From a bacterium (GTDB taxonomy: Bacteria > Acidobacteriota > Blastocatellia > HR10): DNA of 19,160 bases. This document shows positions 16,362 to 19,160 of the stretch, piece after piece. The stretch covers positions 1 to 19,160 of the forward strand of contig JBEPZV010000042.1 in NCBI GenBank assembly GCA_041640655.1. Reading direction: 5' to 3'. The notes beneath the pieces were generated by a model that searched no databases, was not told the origin of the DNA, and saw only the letters and a program-made list of their open reading frames with translations. Every line of letters starts with the position of its first letter. Position 1 is the first letter of the stretch. A program made the translations under genes and the position numbers.

Positions 16362-16817
16362 ATGGCGCTCGTTCGCTGGCGACCTTTCCGTGAACTGGAG
16401 ATGTTCCGACGAGAGATTGATCGTCTCTTCGATGAGATCTTCGAACGGGAATTCCCGGCCCCGCGTCGAGCGCGGGAGATCACGCGCATCTTCGCTCCGG
16501 CGGTGGACATGTACGAGAAGGAGGACGAGATCGTGCTCAAGGCCGAGCTGCCGGGGATGAACCGAGACGACATCAACATCGAGCTGACCGAGGATGCGAT
16601 CACGCTCTCCGGAGAGATCAAGCGCGAGGAGGAGGTGAAGGAAGCCGACTACTACTGCGCCGAGCGGACCTACGGGAGATTCTCGCGCACGATCGATCTG
16701 CCCGTGAAGGTCAATATCGAAAAGGCGGAGGCCACGTACAAGGACGGGATCCTGGAGATCCGACTGCCCAAGGCTGAGGAAGCCAAGCGCCGTGAGATCA
16801 AGCTGAAGGTGAAGTGA
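16362..16817 (+). CDS. hsp20: Hsp20/alpha-crystallin small heat shock protein, 151 aa
   Basis: MALVRWRPFREL, FAPAVDMYE, AELPG, ERTYGRFSRTIDLP and ATYKDGILEIRLPK, with a C-terminal IXI-like IKLKV. AAAGGAGGG RBS; alternative starts at 16353 and 16356. Confidence 0.96.
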   Translation: MALVRWRPFRELEMFRREIDRLFDEIFEREFPAPRRAREITRIFAPAVDMYEKEDEIVLKAELPGMNRDDINIELTEDAITLSGEIKREEEVKEADYYCAERTYGRFSRTIDLPVKVNIEKAEATYKDGILEIRLPKAEEAKRREIKLKVK

Positions 16818-16823
16818 GCGTAG

Positions 16824-16848
16824 CGCGGGGGGATGCTCTCCCCCCGCG
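16824..16848 (+). terminator. Strong hairpin just after hsp20 (terminator or mRNA stabiliser)
   Basis: CGCGGGGGGA-TGCTC-TCCCCCCGCG perfect 10-bp stem; no U-tract. Confidence 0.5.
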
Positions 16849-16931
16849 TCAGATCGCTCGAGGATTCTCCTCATGCTTCCCTCATGGGCGCGCACCGTGT
16901 GGGGGCGTGAGGTCTTCTCGCGGAGGGAACG

Positions 16932-17546
16932 ATGCGGGCCATGAAACGGTTCATTCCGCTCATGCTGATCGGGCTTCTGGCTGGGATGAACGTCGTCTCT
17001 TCCGACGAGCTGAAGGGAGGCGCGGGACAAGGGGAATCTGTGGAATCCGCCCGGCGCCAGGCGCGGCGGCTCGCGGATGAATTGCTGGAGCGAGTCCGAC
17101 AGCTTCTGATGACGGAGTTGGAGAAGGGCGGATATGAGGGTGCCGTGCGCGTCTGCTCGGAGATCGCTCAGGAGATCCCGCGCGAGATCGAGGCGCGGAC
17201 GGGGGCTTCGATTCGACGCGTGAGCCTGCGCTATCGCAACCCGAAGGACATCCCCGATGAGTACGAGCGTCGCAAGCTCGAAGAGTTCGAGCAGCAACAT
17301 CGCGCGCGGGCGCTCGTGGACGAATCCGTTGAGGTCGTGCGCGAGGACGGTCGCACCTATCTTCGCTACATGCGGCCGATCCTGGTCGGCCCCATGTGCA
17401 TCACCTGTCATGGGCCGAAGGAAGTGATCCCCTCATCCGTGCGCGCGATCCTGGCCGAGCGATATCCCGATGATCGGGCGACCGGGTATCGTTCGGGCGA
17501 TGTCCGGGGAGCGGTGAGCGTCAAGATCCCCCTCACGAATCCGTGA
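16932..17546 (+). CDS. Secreted c-type heme protein, DUF3365/Tll0287-like domain
   Basis: Signal peptide, AVRVCSEIA, IRRVSLRYRNPKDIPD, RYMRPI, heme motif CITCH and YPDDRATGYRSGDVRGAVSV. GGAGGG RBS. Confidence 0.88.
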   Translation: MRAMKRFIPLMLIGLLAGMNVVSSDELKGGAGQGESVESARRQARRLADELLERVRQLLMTELEKGGYEGAVRVCSEIAQEIPREIEARTGASIRRVSLRYRNPKDIPDEYERRKLEEFEQQHRARALVDESVEVVREDGRTYLRYMRPILVGPMCITCHGPKEVIPSSVRAILAERYPDDRATGYRSGDVRGAVSVKIPLTNP

Positions 17547-17561
17547 GCAGCTCGACGCACC

Positions 17562-17798
17562 ATGAGGATTACGGGAGACATCCCTATTGAAGAACTGATC
17601 GCCCGGTATCCGGCGTCCGTTCGATTCCTCCTGCAGAAGGGGATCCGCTGTCTGGAGTGCGGTGAGCCGATCTGGGGGACGCTGGCGGATGCGGCGCGAG
17701 AGCGCGGGTATGATGAGGCGGGCATCGAGCGACTCGTCCGCGAATTGAACGAGTGGCTCAGCGAGGAGCCTATTGCCGGCCAGCCGCGGAAGCGGTAA
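17562..17798 (+). CDS. DUF1858 domain-containing protein
   Basis: ITGDIPIEELIARYP..VRFL..KGIRCLECGEPIWGTL..AA..RG..IERLVRELN fits the CxxC-containing DUF1858 pattern. Confidence 0.8.
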   Translation: MRITGDIPIEELIARYPASVRFLLQKGIRCLECGEPIWGTLADAARERGYDEAGIERLVRELNEWLSEEPIAGQPRKR

Positions 17799-17810
17799 GA
17801 TAAACGGGTC

Positions 17811-19160
17811 ATGGCGGAGCTGAACCTCTCGCCGAATGCCCGTCGCGTCCTGGAGGCGCGCTACCTGCGGCGAGATGCCGAACGCCGTCTCATCGAGACT
17901 CCGGAGGAACTCTTCGCGCGCGTGGCGCGGGCGATCGCCGAGGCGGAGCTGCTGCTGGGGACGGCCGAGAAGGCGCGCCGGTGGGAGGAGGTCTTTCACG
18001 ACCTGCTCACCTCGCGCGACTTCCTGCCCAATAGCCCCACGCTGATGAACGCGGGAACCCCCCTGGGACAATTGAGCGCGTGCTTCGTGCTGCCGGTCGG
18101 CGATACGATGGAGGAGATCTTCGAGGCCGTGAAGCAAATGGCGCTCGTGCAGCGCACGGGCGGCGGCACGGGCTTCTCTTTCTCCCGATTGCGTCCAAAG
18201 GGAGACGTCGTCGCCTCCACGGGGGGAGAGGCATCGGGTCCGGTCTCCTTCATGAAGATCTTCGACAGCGCCACCGAGCACATCAAACAGGGGGGGAAGC
18301 GACGCGGGGCGAACATGGGCGTCTTGCGCGTGGATCATCCGGACATTCTGGACTTCATCACGGCCAAGCGCGATGAGCGAGCCCTCCAGAACTTCAACAT
18401 CTCCGTGGCCGTGACCGATGCGTTCATGGAGGCGGTTCGTCGGGGCGACGAGTATGAGCTGATCAACCCGCGCACCGGGCGCGTCGTCAGGCGGCTGAAC
18501 GCGAGGCACGTCTTTGAAGAGATCGTGCGCGCCGCCTGGCAGACGGGCGATCCCGGTCTGCTCTTCCTCGATGCCATCAACCGCGCGAATCCGACGCCGC
18601 ACGTGGGGGCGATCGAGGCGACGAATCCCTGCGGAGAGATCCCCCTGCTCCCCTACGAGTCGTGTAACCTGGGTTCGATCAACGTGACGCACATGCTGCG
18701 CGAGCAGGGCGGACGCGTGGACGTGGATTGGGAGAAGTTGCGCGAGACCGTCCGAAAGGCCGTGCGCTTCCTCGACGACGTCATCGAGGTGAACCGGTAT
18801 CCGATTCCGGAGATCGAGCGCATGACGCGCGGGAACCGAAAAATCGGTCTCGGCGTGATGGGCTTCGCCGAGCTGCTGATCCGGCTCGGCATCTCCTACG
18901 ATTCAGAAGAGGCCGTGCATCTGGCCGAGCGCCTGATGCGCGCCATCGCCGAAGAGGCCCTCGCCATGTCGGCCGAATTGGCCGAGGAGCGGGGTGTCTT
19001 CCCGAACTGGAAGGGAAGCGTGCACGAAGCGCAGAATCGGCCCCTGCGCAATGCCACGCTGACGGCCATCGCGCCCACGGGGACGATCAGCATCATCGCC
19101 GATACGAGCGCGAGCATCGAGCCGCTGTTCGCCCTGGCCTATCGGCGCACGCACGTGCTC
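17811..19160 (+). CDS. nrdJ: Adenosylcobalamin-dependent (class II) ribonucleotide reductase, 3'-truncated by the window (absent from the ORF track)
   Basis: Open from ATG 17811 to the window end. Motifs LSPNARRVLEARYL, FLPNSPTLMNAG, QLSACFVLP, GGGTGFSFSRLRP, QGGKRRGANMG, NFNISV, ATNPCGE, ESCNLGSIN, RKIGLGVMG and IAPTGTISIIA. No N-terminal ATP cone. Confidence 0.93.
   Translation, partial: MAELNLSPNARRVLEARYLRRDAERRLIETPEELFARVARAIAEAELLLGTAEKARRWEEVFHDLLTSRDFLPNSPTLMNAGTPLGQLSACFVLPVGDTMEEIFEAVKQMALVQRTGGGTGFSFSRLRPKGDVVASTGGEASGPVSFMKIFDSATEHIKQGGKRRGANMGVLRVDHPDILDFITAKRDERALQNFNISVAVTDAFMEAVRRGDEYELINPRTGRVVRRLNARHVFEEIVRAAWQTGDPGLLFLDAINRANPTPHVGAIEATNPCGEIPLLPYESCNLGSINVTHMLREQGGRVDVDWEKLRETVRKAVRFLDDVIEVNRYPIPEIERMTRGNRKIGLGVMGFAELLIRLGISYDSEEAVHLAERLMRAIAEEALAMSAELAEERGVFPNWKGSVHEAQNRPLRNATLTAIAPTGTISIIADTSASIEPLFALAYRRTHVL

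Noticed and set aside
16131..18692. Minus-strand ORFs 16131..17411 and 17433..18692
   Set aside because: Shadows of hsp20, the cytochrome gene and nrdJ.
17799..19160. Cobalamin riboswitch, NrdR box or intein associated with nrdJ
   Set aside because: Only 12 nt lie upstream of nrdJ and I saw no such motifs; the catalytic motifs are contiguous with no insertion in the visible part.

Overview
GC-rich bacterial chromosomal window. Gene content resembles Acidobacteriota/Blastocatellia, which is an impression only. Left to right on +: the 3' end of a HEAT-repeat-like gene, a large secreted alkaline-phosphatase-superfamily enzyme, an orphan FtsX/MacB-type ABC permease, an mqnD-coxG pair and a secreted NxxGxxAF-repeat double beta-propeller. 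Next come a DUF2227 membrane protein (-), a sodium:solute symporter with two small membrane-protein ORFs, yebC and an Fe/Mn superoxide dismutase (-). A cassette follows with a 22-nt direct repeat, a secreted 10-Cys protein and a secreted beta-propeller. The right end is a divergent stress-type cluster: MTH1187 protein and DUF2934-Hsp20 fusion on -, then on + a (TC)5-frameshifted secreted repeat protein, Hsp20, a DUF3365 cytochrome c, DUF1858 and a class II ribonucleotide reductase (nrdJ) cut by the window edge. I saw no rRNA, tRNA, transposase, integrase or true CRISPR array. Family names come from motif recognition by eye, not database searches. The best leads are the mqnD-coxG quinone link, the Cys-rich protein/propeller cassette, the dinucleotide-repeat frameshift, the hspX/nrdZ-like cluster and the symporter accessory proteins.
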